From positions 3,541 through 67,540 of IMG/VR virus record IMGVR_UViG_3300044833_000092: 64,000 nucleotides of DNA; one strand, written 5' to 3'. Below the pieces are notes generated by a model. That model was not told where the DNA came from and did not search any database. It saw nothing but the letters and a program-made list of their open reading frames with translations. The DNA is from a virus. Below are positions 47,681-55,874 of the stretch, piece after piece; the first letter of the stretch is position 1; the number at the start of each line of letters is the position of its first letter. The position numbers and the translations under genes were made by a program.

Positions 47681-48142
47681 ATGGGCAAAGGTAAGAGCAA
47701 GAGTAAGAGCAAGAGTCGCTCTTACTGGAAGCGTAAGTACACCAAACTTGCGTTCAACAGCCAAGCGGCCATATCGAAGATTTTGTTCCGCGAGCGTCAC
47801 GCTCAGTACGAGCTGCGCTTCACTTCGCTGTCTACTGCAACCACCGCTGCCTTCGCCGCGGCCGAGAAGGCCTTGGCCAAGGCCGATGCGGCAATGGAGA
47901 AGCGCTTCGATTCTGTGAACGAGTTTCGCCAGACGCTCACGGATCAGGCGGCCACCTTTATTCCGCGAGCCGAGGCCGAGCAGCGTATCAAGGTCATCGC
48001 CGATAAGGTGGAATCCCAGGGTTCGGTGTCCGACAAGTCGATCGGACGGATAAGCCAAAGTGAGCGCGGCTGGAACTATCTGATCGGAGCCCTATTGGTC
48101 GCTGCCGCCTGGGCCGCGGTATTCGTCAGTCACAAGCCTTAG
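47681..48142 (+). CDS. Coiled-coil protein with C-terminal TM helix (holin/spanin-type candidate)
   Basis: EKRFDSVNEFRQTLTDQ; C-terminal WNYLIGALLVAAAWAAVF. Confidence 0.55.
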   Translation: MGKGKSKSKSKSRSYWKRKYTKLAFNSQAAISKILFRERHAQYELRFTSLSTATTAAFAAAEKALAKADAAMEKRFDSVNEFRQTLTDQAATFIPRAEAEQRIKVIADKVESQGSVSDKSIGRISQSERGWNYLIGALLVAAAWAAVFVSHKP

Positions 48143-48214
48143 CCTTGCCCAAACGGCCGGGATGGCTTAGAACAGGTGGTGGAAATCCACCACCTGTTTC
48201 TTTTGGAGCCACCC

Positions 48215-49165
48215 ATGTCCCAAGAGCCGCCGCTGATCCGCGATATCGTCATCGCCACCAATCCATTGCAGTATTGCACCCTCAAGCGCTTGCCGCCCGA
48301 GCTGCGCATCCCCGCGGCCGACTTGGCGGTCCAGCACAATCCGGCCAACCAGCCGCGGTTGGACCACTTCCACCCCTCCATGCTGGCTCCTGGCGTCGAG
48401 CCCGCGGAGTTCATTGCCCTGTTGACCAGCAAGTATTGGGGCACCAAGGGCGTCAAGCTGACCGTCTCGTTCATGGAACGCACGCCGACCGACTTGGCCA
48501 ACCGCATCCTGCTGCATATGAACGCCTGGGCGCAATGGGCCAACGTCACCTTCCTGCTGACCAACGGACAGGGCCAGATACGCATTTCTCTCGGACGCGG
48601 CGGCTACTGGAGCTATCTCGGCGTCGATAACCTCTCCATCGATCTACGTCAGCAGACCATGAATCTGGAACAGTTCACCATGCAGACGCCCGAGAGCGAG
48701 TTTCATCGCGTCGTGCGCCATGAGACGGGCCATGTCCTCGGCTTCCCGCACGAACATGCACGCCCGGCGATCGTGGCTTTGCTCGATCCGGCTCGCACCA
48801 CGGCGTTCTTCGAGGCTACCCAGGGTTGGACTGCCCAGGAGATCAACGAGCAGATACTCACGCCCCTGGACGAGAGCGACCTTCTCGATACGCCGGCCGA
48901 CGTGAAGTCCATCATGTGCTATATGTTCCCCGGTTCCATCACCAGGAGCGGCCAGCCGATCCCCGGCGGCAACGATATCGACCCCTCGGACGGAGAGTTT
49001 GCGGCTCGCATCTATCCCAAGGCGATCGTGCCGCCCACGCCGCCTGTTCCTCCGGTGCCGCCAGTTCCGCCAGTGGTTGGTTCGCCGACTGAGGTAATCA
49101 ACTTGGACCTGAAAGCCAAGAACGCCATTCTCCCTGGGGACTGGACTGTACAGGTACGTTCGTGA
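48215..49165 (+). CDS. Metzincin Zn metalloprotease (astacin/matrixin-like)
   Basis: HETGHVLGFPHEH (HExxHxxGxxH) and SIMCY Met-turn. Confidence 0.9.
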   Translation: MSQEPPLIRDIVIATNPLQYCTLKRLPPELRIPAADLAVQHNPANQPRLDHFHPSMLAPGVEPAEFIALLTSKYWGTKGVKLTVSFMERTPTDLANRILLHMNAWAQWANVTFLLTNGQGQIRISLGRGGYWSYLGVDNLSIDLRQQTMNLEQFTMQTPESEFHRVVRHETGHVLGFPHEHARPAIVALLDPARTTAFFEATQGWTAQEINEQILTPLDESDLLDTPADVKSIMCYMFPGSITRSGQPIPGGNDIDPSDGEFAARIYPKAIVPPTPPVPPVPPVPPVVGSPTEVINLDLKAKNAILPGDWTVQVRS

Positions 49166-49440
49166 TAGTATCTGTCGGCTTACCGTTCTGTTGGTTCCTC
49201 TTGTGGAGTCGTATCATGCGCATGGTCGTCTTCGTCGTTCTAATGTGCCTCTGGCTGTTCGGCGGCGGTTTCATCGCCTACGGAGCCCAGCAAGCCGTCA
49301 ATCCCGTCGCTTTCGGTGTCGTCACTCTGCTCCCCTGGCTTTGTGTGGCCATTCTCGGCTGGGAAATCTACCGGGGAGGGGCAGGTCCGGTTGTCTACCC
49401 TTATCCAGAGGCATATCCGCCGCACCAGCCGCGGCCCTGA
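49162..49440 (+). CDS. Small membrane protein (holin candidate)
   Basis: Two or three TM segments. Confidence 0.5.
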   Translation: MIVSVGLPFCWFLLWSRIMRMVVFVVLMCLWLFGGGFIAYGAQQAVNPVAFGVVTLLPWLCVAILGWEIYRGGAGPVVYPYPEAYPPHQPRP

Positions 49441-49587
49441 ATCCTATTGCGGCGCACCAATAGCCAAGGTGGGATCGAGCAATGAGCGGCAAATTGAAAA
49501 TGTCAAGTATCAAACAGGCGTACAAGCAGGCAAGAAAAAGCCTGAAGAACCGCCTCAAGAAACTAAAGCTCATCAAGGAGGCGTTTA

Positions 49588-49821
49588 ATGATCGGCCAGC
49601 CACGGAGCCCGCACCATCACTTTCCGCCGACGCAAATCGGACAGACGTTCCCGCACAGCAAATGGACGGTGATAGGCGAGCAGTATAAGATCAACGACTT
49701 CGTGTGGGTCGTGCCAGTACAATGCAAGTGCGGCACCAAGGCGGCCATCCCGCGCCAGCGCCTGTTCAAGGGCCTCTCACGCAGTTGCGTGAAGTGTGCC
49801 CGCAAGAGAGGTTGGAGGTAG
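49588..49821 (+). CDS. Small Zn-ribbon protein like HNH-associated N-terminal domains
   Basis: IGQTF...KWTVIG...QCKCG...SRSCVKC; GGAGG SD. Confidence 0.6.
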   Translation: MIGQPRSPHHHFPPTQIGQTFPHSKWTVIGEQYKINDFVWVVPVQCKCGTKAAIPRQRLFKGLSRSCVKCARKRGWR

Positions 49822-49891
49822 GGTGGTGGATTTCCACCACCCTACCCTACTGCCGGGTTTCCCAGGTGTTTTCGCCCATTGGAGGACAGTT

Positions 49892-50593
49892 ATGCTTCGT
49901 CAGCGTGCTTTACTACTGTCGTTCACGGCGGCCATTGCCGTCGTGACGCTGGCTCTCGCTCCTGGCTTGCTCGCCAAGCCGACCGAGATTCAGGTGACGA
50001 CTATCCGCGTTAAAGATGCGGATGGTCGCGTCCTCGCTACTCTTTCAGTTCCGTTGGTTGGCAGCGTTGAGGTTGTCTCGCCTCCCGGCGTGCCCACGCC
50101 GGTTATCGTGCCAACTCCTCAGCCGCCGCCGTTGCCCACGCCTCCCCCGGTAGTGCCGGTGCCGGCCCCGCCGCCGGTCGAGCCTCCGGCCCCGGTGGTC
50201 CCGCCAGTGACTCCGCCAAAGCCTCCGCCGCCGGCCCCGCCAATTGTGTCAACGGAGCCGGTGGCGTTTGCCATCGTCATCACCGACAAGCGCCAGGCGA
50301 TCGCCGTTGGCCAAGCAGCGGCCCTCCAGGCCGGTTCAACTCTCAAGGCGTCAGTCGAGGCCAAGGGCATCGGCTTCGCACAGTTCGACGCACTGAGCGC
50401 CGCCGTGCAGAACACGCCGGCTGACAAGGTGCCCGGCGGCGACTATAAGCAATGGTTGGGCAACCCCAAGTTCAAGCTGGCCCCAGCGCTCGGTACGCCA
50501 TGCTTGGTACTGGTCGATAAGGGCGGCCATCCTGTCAAGGCGCTTCCGTTGCCACCGGACGCGCCGAGTATCCTTGCTGCCATCCTCAACTGA
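49892..50593 (+). CDS. Secreted protein with Pro-rich linker
   Basis: GGAGG SD; signal peptide MLRQRALLLSFTAAIAVVTLALA. Confidence 0.65.
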   Translation: MLRQRALLLSFTAAIAVVTLALAPGLLAKPTEIQVTTIRVKDADGRVLATLSVPLVGSVEVVSPPGVPTPVIVPTPQPPPLPTPPPVVPVPAPPPVEPPAPVVPPVTPPKPPPPAPPIVSTEPVAFAIVITDKRQAIAVGQAAALQAGSTLKASVEAKGIGFAQFDALSAAVQNTPADKVPGGDYKQWLGNPKFKLAPALGTPCLVLVDKGGHPVKALPLPPDAPSILAAILN

Positions 50594-50611
50594 TTACCCA
50601 AAGGTCACACT

Positions 50612-51895
50612 ATGTCTTGCCTTCCCATCACGATCTCCGTCGTGACAACTGCCTTCGCTCTTGCCGTGACTTCATTGGCCAGGGCTGAGCCCGAGGGCCT
50701 GATACTGCCCACCCGCGAACTGATCGGCTTGGCCGATCTGATGATGACTCCCAAGCCGGGCTTACTCTGGCCGCGCTGGCGCTACCTGTCCTTTGCCGCG
50801 GCCTTGCCCGAGGACATTGACAAGCGCAAGGCGGCCGTGCGTTTTGCCCTGGCGGCCCTGAACCGTACCGCTGCCACTGAGGCTCAGTACCTTGCCCAGG
50901 TGACGCCGCTGCTGTGGGGCGTCGATACCGCTACGCTCGGCTGGCCGGACAGCGTTTGGGAGAGCTACGGCCGCACGGAGCATTACTACGAAGAGGCCGG
51001 CAGCGAAACCCTGAAGCTGTTCTTCAAGCTCAAGGCCGGCACCGAACGGCCCATCTTGCGCGCTGATGAGTTCATCGACGGTTGCTTTGCGCCGGAGCGT
51101 TACGCCGCGGCGCTGGCGATCCCGCAAACGAAAGAGGATTTTCTCAATACCTTTCTCGGTCCGCGCGGGGCGGCCGGAGCGGACCGGGCGTTCGGCATCA
51201 TCAGCGAGAAGTTGACAGTGGCGAACTTTCCCGGCAAGGTGGCCCGCTTCAAGCCGGCGGATCGTCCCGCCGTTTGGATGCGAGTGCTTTACGGCGACGA
51301 TCGCGGCCTCAACGAGCAGCGGCTGCATCCGGCGGATATCGACGGGGAACATACCGAGTTCAGTTGGGAGCTTCCCAACGGCCTGGGTGCCTACACCACT
51401 TACGATGCCACCGGCCGCTTGGCGCTGACGGTTAGTACCAAGCTCAGCAAGGACAAGCAGGGTCATTCGGTGCGGCTGGGCATCAGTTGCATCGAATGCC
51501 ATACCGCTGGCATTCGCGGCCTGGAGAACGCCGACGATCCCGATAAACTTCTTCTTCTGAACATCAACGCCGCCGAATGGAACAAGGAGCGGCTGATGTT
51601 CCTGGCTGGCGAGGACCAGAAGCGTTGGACTAATTCCCTGGCGGCCATTAACGGCCTTTCGCCGTCACGGAACGCCGATGCTCGCCGCAACATTATCGAT
51701 GACTTTGGCCATGATCTGACGCCTGGAGAGGCCGCCAGGGAATTGGGTCTGAGCGATTGGCCCGACGACAAACCGACGCCGCGGAAGAATTTTGGCGATG
51801 CTGTGGCCTTGTCCGCGGCGATGAAAGTCAATAAATTGTACTTAGAAGCGGCTCGCCAACGCATGTTGGCGTCCGGACAAATCAAGTCCCCCTAA
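50612..51895 (+). CDS. Secreted protein with a single CxxCH (possible c-type haem site)
   Basis: Signal peptide ending ARA; GISCIECH; ELPNGL.AY. Confidence 0.6.
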   Translation: MSCLPITISVVTTAFALAVTSLARAEPEGLILPTRELIGLADLMMTPKPGLLWPRWRYLSFAAALPEDIDKRKAAVRFALAALNRTAATEAQYLAQVTPLLWGVDTATLGWPDSVWESYGRTEHYYEEAGSETLKLFFKLKAGTERPILRADEFIDGCFAPERYAAALAIPQTKEDFLNTFLGPRGAAGADRAFGIISEKLTVANFPGKVARFKPADRPAVWMRVLYGDDRGLNEQRLHPADIDGEHTEFSWELPNGLGAYTTYDATGRLALTVSTKLSKDKQGHSVRLGISCIECHTAGIRGLENADDPDKLLLLNINAAEWNKERLMFLAGEDQKRWTNSLAAINGLSPSRNADARRNIIDDFGHDLTPGEAARELGLSDWPDDKPTPRKNFGDAVALSAAMKVNKLYLEAARQRMLASGQIKSP

Positions 51896-51914
51896 ACAAC
51901 CGGGAGGGTAGATC

Positions 51915-52397
51915 ATGTCGAGGTCACTGGTCACGTTAGCCGCATTGCTATCCTGCACCGCTGGCGTTCAGGCCCAGCAGTTTGTCGATTCCGCCGGGAA
52001 TCGCTATCAACTGGTCCCCATGCAGCAGCAGCAGCAGTTTCAGCAGGTGCCGGCCGCGGCTCCGCTGGCACAGACATTGGCTCCGTCGAGCCTGTTGCCG
52101 CAGTCTTTCCAGCAGCCGCAGCAGTTTGCCCAGGTCCAGCAGGTGCAACAGCAGCAGTTTCAGCAGGTGCCGGTGCAGCAGTTTGCCCAACAGCCGCAGC
52201 AGCAGCTTATTCAAGTGCCGCAGCAGCAGGCGCAAGTGCGCTACGTAGCCCTCGGCGGCGTCGGCCGCGGCACTGTCGGCGGCTGTGCCGGCGGCAACTG
52301 TGGTGCTGCCCGCGGCACCGGCGGTTGCTCTGGTGGCAACTGCGGTGGCGGCGGCGGTGCCTCCGCCGGCCGCGGCCTCTTTGGCCGCCGGCGTTGA
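51915..52397 (+). CDS. Secreted Gln-rich protein with GGC.GGNC repeats
   Basis: Signal peptide ending VQA; C-terminus GRGLFGRRR. Confidence 0.65.
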   Translation: MSRSLVTLAALLSCTAGVQAQQFVDSAGNRYQLVPMQQQQQFQQVPAAAPLAQTLAPSSLLPQSFQQPQQFAQVQQVQQQQFQQVPVQQFAQQPQQQLIQVPQQQAQVRYVALGGVGRGTVGGCAGGNCGAARGTGGCSGGNCGGGGGASAGRGLFGRRR

Positions 52398-52433
52398 CCC
52401 TCAACTGTTCGCCCGTCTTTTCCAAAGGAGTCC

Positions 52434-53078
52434 TTGATGTTTCGCTTCGCAATGGCAACCCTGGTGACATTTGCCTTGGCTCTGGAAGCCGCGGCCCATC
52501 CGCCGGCCCAGGTGACGTACATCCCTGGCCCCCAGGCTCAGGTGCAAGTCGCTTTTGCGCCGCGCCGGGCGTTCGCCGCCCCGATCTTCGCACCGCTTCC
52601 GGTCGCCTCCTACAGCAACGCCGTGACTTTCGTGCAGCCGCCGCCAGCGGCCACGTTCTTCATGGCCCCGCAGCCCGCTCCGATCGTGGTGCAGCAACCG
52701 CAGCAGCAGATCATCGTGCAGCAGCAGCAGCCGAGCGTGACCTACGTTCAGCCGCCGCCACAGCAGCAAGTGATCGTGCAACCGCAGGAGCAGGTGATCG
52801 AACCGCCGCCCGCCGCTCCGCTGGTGCAGTTCCAGCAGGAGGCGCAGGTGCAGTACGTTCAGGCTCCGCAAGCGGAAGTGCGCTTCGCCGTTCCGCGGCC
52901 ACGACTGTTTGCACCGTCCCCGGCGTTTGTCACTTACGCTCCGGCGTTTGCACCGGCGCTCGTGGCTTATGCTCCAGTCGCCTACGCCGGCGTGGCTGGC
53001 GTGCGTCATCACCTGGGCTTCATTGAGCGCCACGATATCAAGCGTGCGGCCATACAAGCCGCCCGCGCCGCTCAGTAA
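52434..53078 (+). CDS. Secreted Gln/Pro/Ala-rich protein
   Basis: AAGGAG SD; signal peptide ending AAA. Confidence 0.65.
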   Translation: MMFRFAMATLVTFALALEAAAHPPAQVTYIPGPQAQVQVAFAPRRAFAAPIFAPLPVASYSNAVTFVQPPPAATFFMAPQPAPIVVQQPQQQIIVQQQQPSVTYVQPPPQQQVIVQPQEQVIEPPPAAPLVQFQQEAQVQYVQAPQAEVRFAVPRPRLFAPSPAFVTYAPAFAPALVAYAPVAYAGVAGVRHHLGFIERHDIKRAAIQAARAAQ

Positions 53079-53080
53079 GG

Positions 53081-53332
53081 ATGGCTCCCTTGTTCTTCCG
53101 CAACGTAACCATCACCGTTGAAATCGGCCCCAAGGCCGAGGCGTTGGCCAAGGCGTATATCGCCTTGTTGCCCAGGCCGAACGCCATGACCCAGGCCGAG
53201 ACGGACGCCATCACGGCCGTCCTGACGCAAGAGGCGGCTACCCTGAAGGGGTTCAGGAACGATCCGAACCTGCCTTCGACGCCGCCGGGGCCGCCGCCAG
53301 GAGCCGAGACGACCGGCCGCCCGCTTTATTGA
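53081..53332 (+). CDS. Small helical protein
   Basis: MTQAE...NDPNLP shared with the next gene. Confidence 0.55.
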   Translation: MAPLFFRNVTITVEIGPKAEALAKAYIALLPRPNAMTQAETDAITAVLTQEAATLKGFRNDPNLPSTPPGPPPGAETTGRPLY

Positions 53333-53381
53333 CTCACTCTTTTCTGTAACCCGTTCGCCCAAGAACACAGGAGATTTCTCA

Positions 53382-53636
53382 ATGGTAGACCCGAACCTGC
53401 AAGCCGCCGTGGACGCGGTTGCCAAGGCCACCACCGACGTTGGGACGACCATCAAGTCGCTCGATGGCCTCATTACCACCAACATGACACCGGCCGACGT
53501 GAAGACCGTGACCGACACGCTGACCGGCATTGCCACCGCTTGCACGGCGATGGCCAACGATCCGAACGTGCCGGTGCCGGTGCCGGTGCCGCCGCCAATT
53601 CCGGCCGCGGCCCGTAAGGCCGGCCCGCGTCCGTAA
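53382..53636 (+). CDS. Small helical protein, paralog of 53081-53332
   Basis: AGGAG SD; MTPAD...NDPNVP. Confidence 0.6.
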   Translation: MVDPNLQAAVDAVAKATTDVGTTIKSLDGLITTNMTPADVKTVTDTLTGIATACTAMANDPNVPVPVPVPPPIPAAARKAGPRP

Positions 53637-53730
53637 TTTCAGGTGGTGGATTTCCACCACCCCTCCGCGGCCAGCCTATTGCGACGCCGCAATAGGCTGG
53701 CCGTTTCCTTACCCAATCAAGGAGTCAACC

Positions 53731-53949
53731 GTGGCCGATCCAGTAGCACCAGCCCTGAAGCTCCCCGCCGAACACGAAATCGCCCTGCATCAACAGTTGG
53801 TCAACATGGGCGTTCCCGAGAACGTCATTATGAAGGCCGGCGGTGCCGGCGGCTTCCTCTCCCGACTCGTCACCTTCGCCAAGAATCACCCTGGCATCAA
53901 GACGATCTTGACGGAACTGGTGACTGCCGGCATCGCCGCCGGCTCGTAG
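53731..53949 (+). CDS. Small hypothetical protein
   Basis: AAGGAG SD before GTG. Confidence 0.6.
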   Translation: MADPVAPALKLPAEHEIALHQQLVNMGVPENVIMKAGGAGGFLSRLVTFAKNHPGIKTILTELVTAGIAAGS

Positions 53950-53983
53950 GTTTCGTTCCCTTTCACTTTCAGGAGCCTCTATT

Positions 53984-54931
53984 GTGAACCTTATTCCCTT
54001 TCCGACTGAAATGCCGGACGACGCCTTGAGCGTCGTCGCCGCCTATCTGCGCGGCAATGGCAACACCGCCGAGGCCCTGCAAGCCGCCTGGATGGCCCAG
54101 GGCTTCATAATGGGCTCGGTCATTGGCAGCTACACGCCGCCAGTGCCGCCGCCAGTGGCGGGAGCCGGCCAACTCACCGGTGGCGATCCGCGTTTCTATG
54201 AGACGCCGCCCCATCCGCTGGCTCAGGCCCAGGCCCAGGTAGCGGCCATGACGAACGAGCAGCGGGCCGATTACCTCGAACACTTGATCCGTACCAAGGA
54301 CAAGAACGTCTCCACGATCGGCTCCCAGGGATCGCAGCACGCCATCTTCGGAGCCGGGGGCACCTTCAATTGGGGCAACGCCCTGGCGATCCTGTTCAAG
54401 ATCATCAACGATATTGTCGCGGGCGGCGGCTTCGGCCTGGGGATTCTGGTTCCCAATCCACCCGTAACACCCGGCGTCCCGGTGGCACCGGGGGCACCGC
54501 CGCAGATTGGTGCCCCTCCGCCGGCGGCGGCTCTCGATCAGAACCGCGGCTACACCGGCCACGCGGCCGGTGGCGTCGATCCCAGCTCGGGCCAGCGCCA
54601 GGATTCGACGCGGGAGCGCAGGCTTCTTCCGGGCGAGCCGCCACCTCCGGCACCGGGCACCTATCCGGCCGGCGTTGCGCCGGCGGGTCAGCAACCGTAC
54701 CAGCCACAGCCAGGGTCTGGCCCTCACTTCCCGAGGGCCAGCGATCCGTCGCCCGGCTCCGGACCCACTGGCGCGGTATGGCGCGAGCCGCCTCCAGGCC
54801 AGGGCGGCCCGGTGGGCAACCCGCCGCAAGGCAACCCGCCGCAAGGCAACCCGCCGCAAGGCAACCCGCCCCTGGGCGGCCAGCCGCACCGCGACAGCGG
54901 CCCCGGCGATGCCATTGGCGGCAACAGGTGA
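53984..54931 (+). CDS. Hypothetical protein with P/G-rich tail (GNPPQ repeats)
   Basis: AGGAG SD; 15-bp repeats 54815-54871. Confidence 0.6.
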   Translation: MNLIPFPTEMPDDALSVVAAYLRGNGNTAEALQAAWMAQGFIMGSVIGSYTPPVPPPVAGAGQLTGGDPRFYETPPHPLAQAQAQVAAMTNEQRADYLEHLIRTKDKNVSTIGSQGSQHAIFGAGGTFNWGNALAILFKIINDIVAGGGFGLGILVPNPPVTPGVPVAPGAPPQIGAPPPAAALDQNRGYTGHAAGGVDPSSGQRQDSTRERRLLPGEPPPPAPGTYPAGVAPAGQQPYQPQPGSGPHFPRASDPSPGSGPTGAVWREPPPGQGGPVGNPPQGNPPQGNPPQGNPPLGGQPHRDSGPGDAIGGNR

Positions 54932-55049
54932 CAAGAGAGACGGGCAGCGGCTGGTTGTGACCGCCAGTCGTGGCGGGTCCGTCAAGTCTGGCAAGCTGGC
55001 GGCCCGCCAGCCCGATTGATAACCATAGGCCCTTTAAGGGCCAAGGCGT

Positions 55050-55092
55050 GGCAGGGTGGTGGATTTCCACCACCCTGCCCTTTTCTTTTTTC
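55050..55092 (+). terminator. Intrinsic terminator built on motif A
   Basis: 14-bp stem GGCAGGGTGGTGGA/TCCACCACCCTGCC followed by CTTTTCTTTTTT at the end of the capsid operon. Confidence 0.7.
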
Positions 55093-55125
55093 GGGGGACC
55101 GTTAGTATGCTTTGAGGAGGTCACA

Positions 55126-55473
55126 ATGAACGTAAAAAAGATTAAGCGATTTCTTTCCAATCCTTTGATTGATTTCGTTGCCCCTGGCACCAGGGATTTT
55201 TGCCGCGGCTACCTCTGCCAGCTTGGAGGATTCCCCACGCCGGAGTTGGCGTGGACCGACGACGGCTGGGTCGAGCTGCGCTGGGAGCGTGGAAGCCGCC
55301 TGTTCGTCGTCCATGTTTTCGGCGACGTGCTGACGTTGGGGCTGTTCTCCAAGAACAGTGATGACCCGGCCCCCAAGCGGCTCAACCGCCAAGACCCGTT
55401 TGTCCAGACGACGCGATGGGCTCTGGAGTGGGTGACGGAGTGTCAGCCGGAGCGGGAGTCGCCTCATGGCTGA
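55126..55473 (+). CDS. Hypothetical protein
   Basis: GAGGAGG SD. Confidence 0.55.
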   Translation: MNVKKIKRFLSNPLIDFVAPGTRDFCRGYLCQLGGFPTPELAWTDDGWVELRWERGSRLFVVHVFGDVLTLGLFSKNSDDPAPKRLNRQDPFVQTTRWALEWVTECQPERESPHG

Positions 55474-55774
55474 CTCCCGCTGCCGGGTCGTCGGGTATTT
55501 CGATAACGCCAACGTCAGGGCAATTGGCGAGCGACTCCATCAGACTGGCCATGTCCTCGGCTTCCCGCGCCAGGGTGCGGGCCGCCAATGCTTCGCTGAG
55601 CAGTTCGCACAACAGAGCATTGGCGAATACCTTGCCGCCGCCCTTGGCTGCGACTTGAATGGACCGTTCGCTCTCGAAGCGTTTGAGAAGGCCGGGATTC
55701 ATCCAAAGTGTATAGCGGTCTACCACTTTGTTTGCCCCGGCTGGCGGCCGTCCGGCTTTGCGTTTTTCGGTCAC
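55382..55774 (-). CDS. Putative ribbon-helix-helix transcription regulator
   Basis: GRPP...RYTLWMNPGLLKRFE...NALLCELLSEAL; AGGAG SD; divergent from the replication operon. Confidence 0.5.
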   Translation of the reverse strand: MTEKRKAGRPPAGANKVVDRYTLWMNPGLLKRFESERSIQVAAKGGGKVFANALLCELLSEALAARTLAREAEDMASLMESLANCPDVGVIEIPDDPAAGVSHEATPAPADTPSPTPEPIASSGQTGLGG

Positions 55775-55795
55775 GATTATTCTCCTGTTGGACTG

Positions 55796-55843
55796 TTGCT
55801 TGTTTGCCGCGTTTATTGTACATTAGTCCCGCCGATTGACCAA
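55796..55843. promoter_or_regulatory. Overlapping divergent sigma70-like promoters
   Basis: Plus strand TTGCTT-17-TACATT; minus strand TTGGTC-17-TACAAT, sharing ATTGTACATT. Confidence 0.5.
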
Positions 55844-55874
55844 TGAGACACGTCAACCAAAGAAGGTCACACCA

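Noticed and set aside
1851-53987. ORFs beginning MVDFHH, MVEIHH or MRRTN in the ORF track
   Set aside because: Their starts are GTG/TTG codons inside motifs A or B; the real starts with SD lie downstream or the ORFs are shadows
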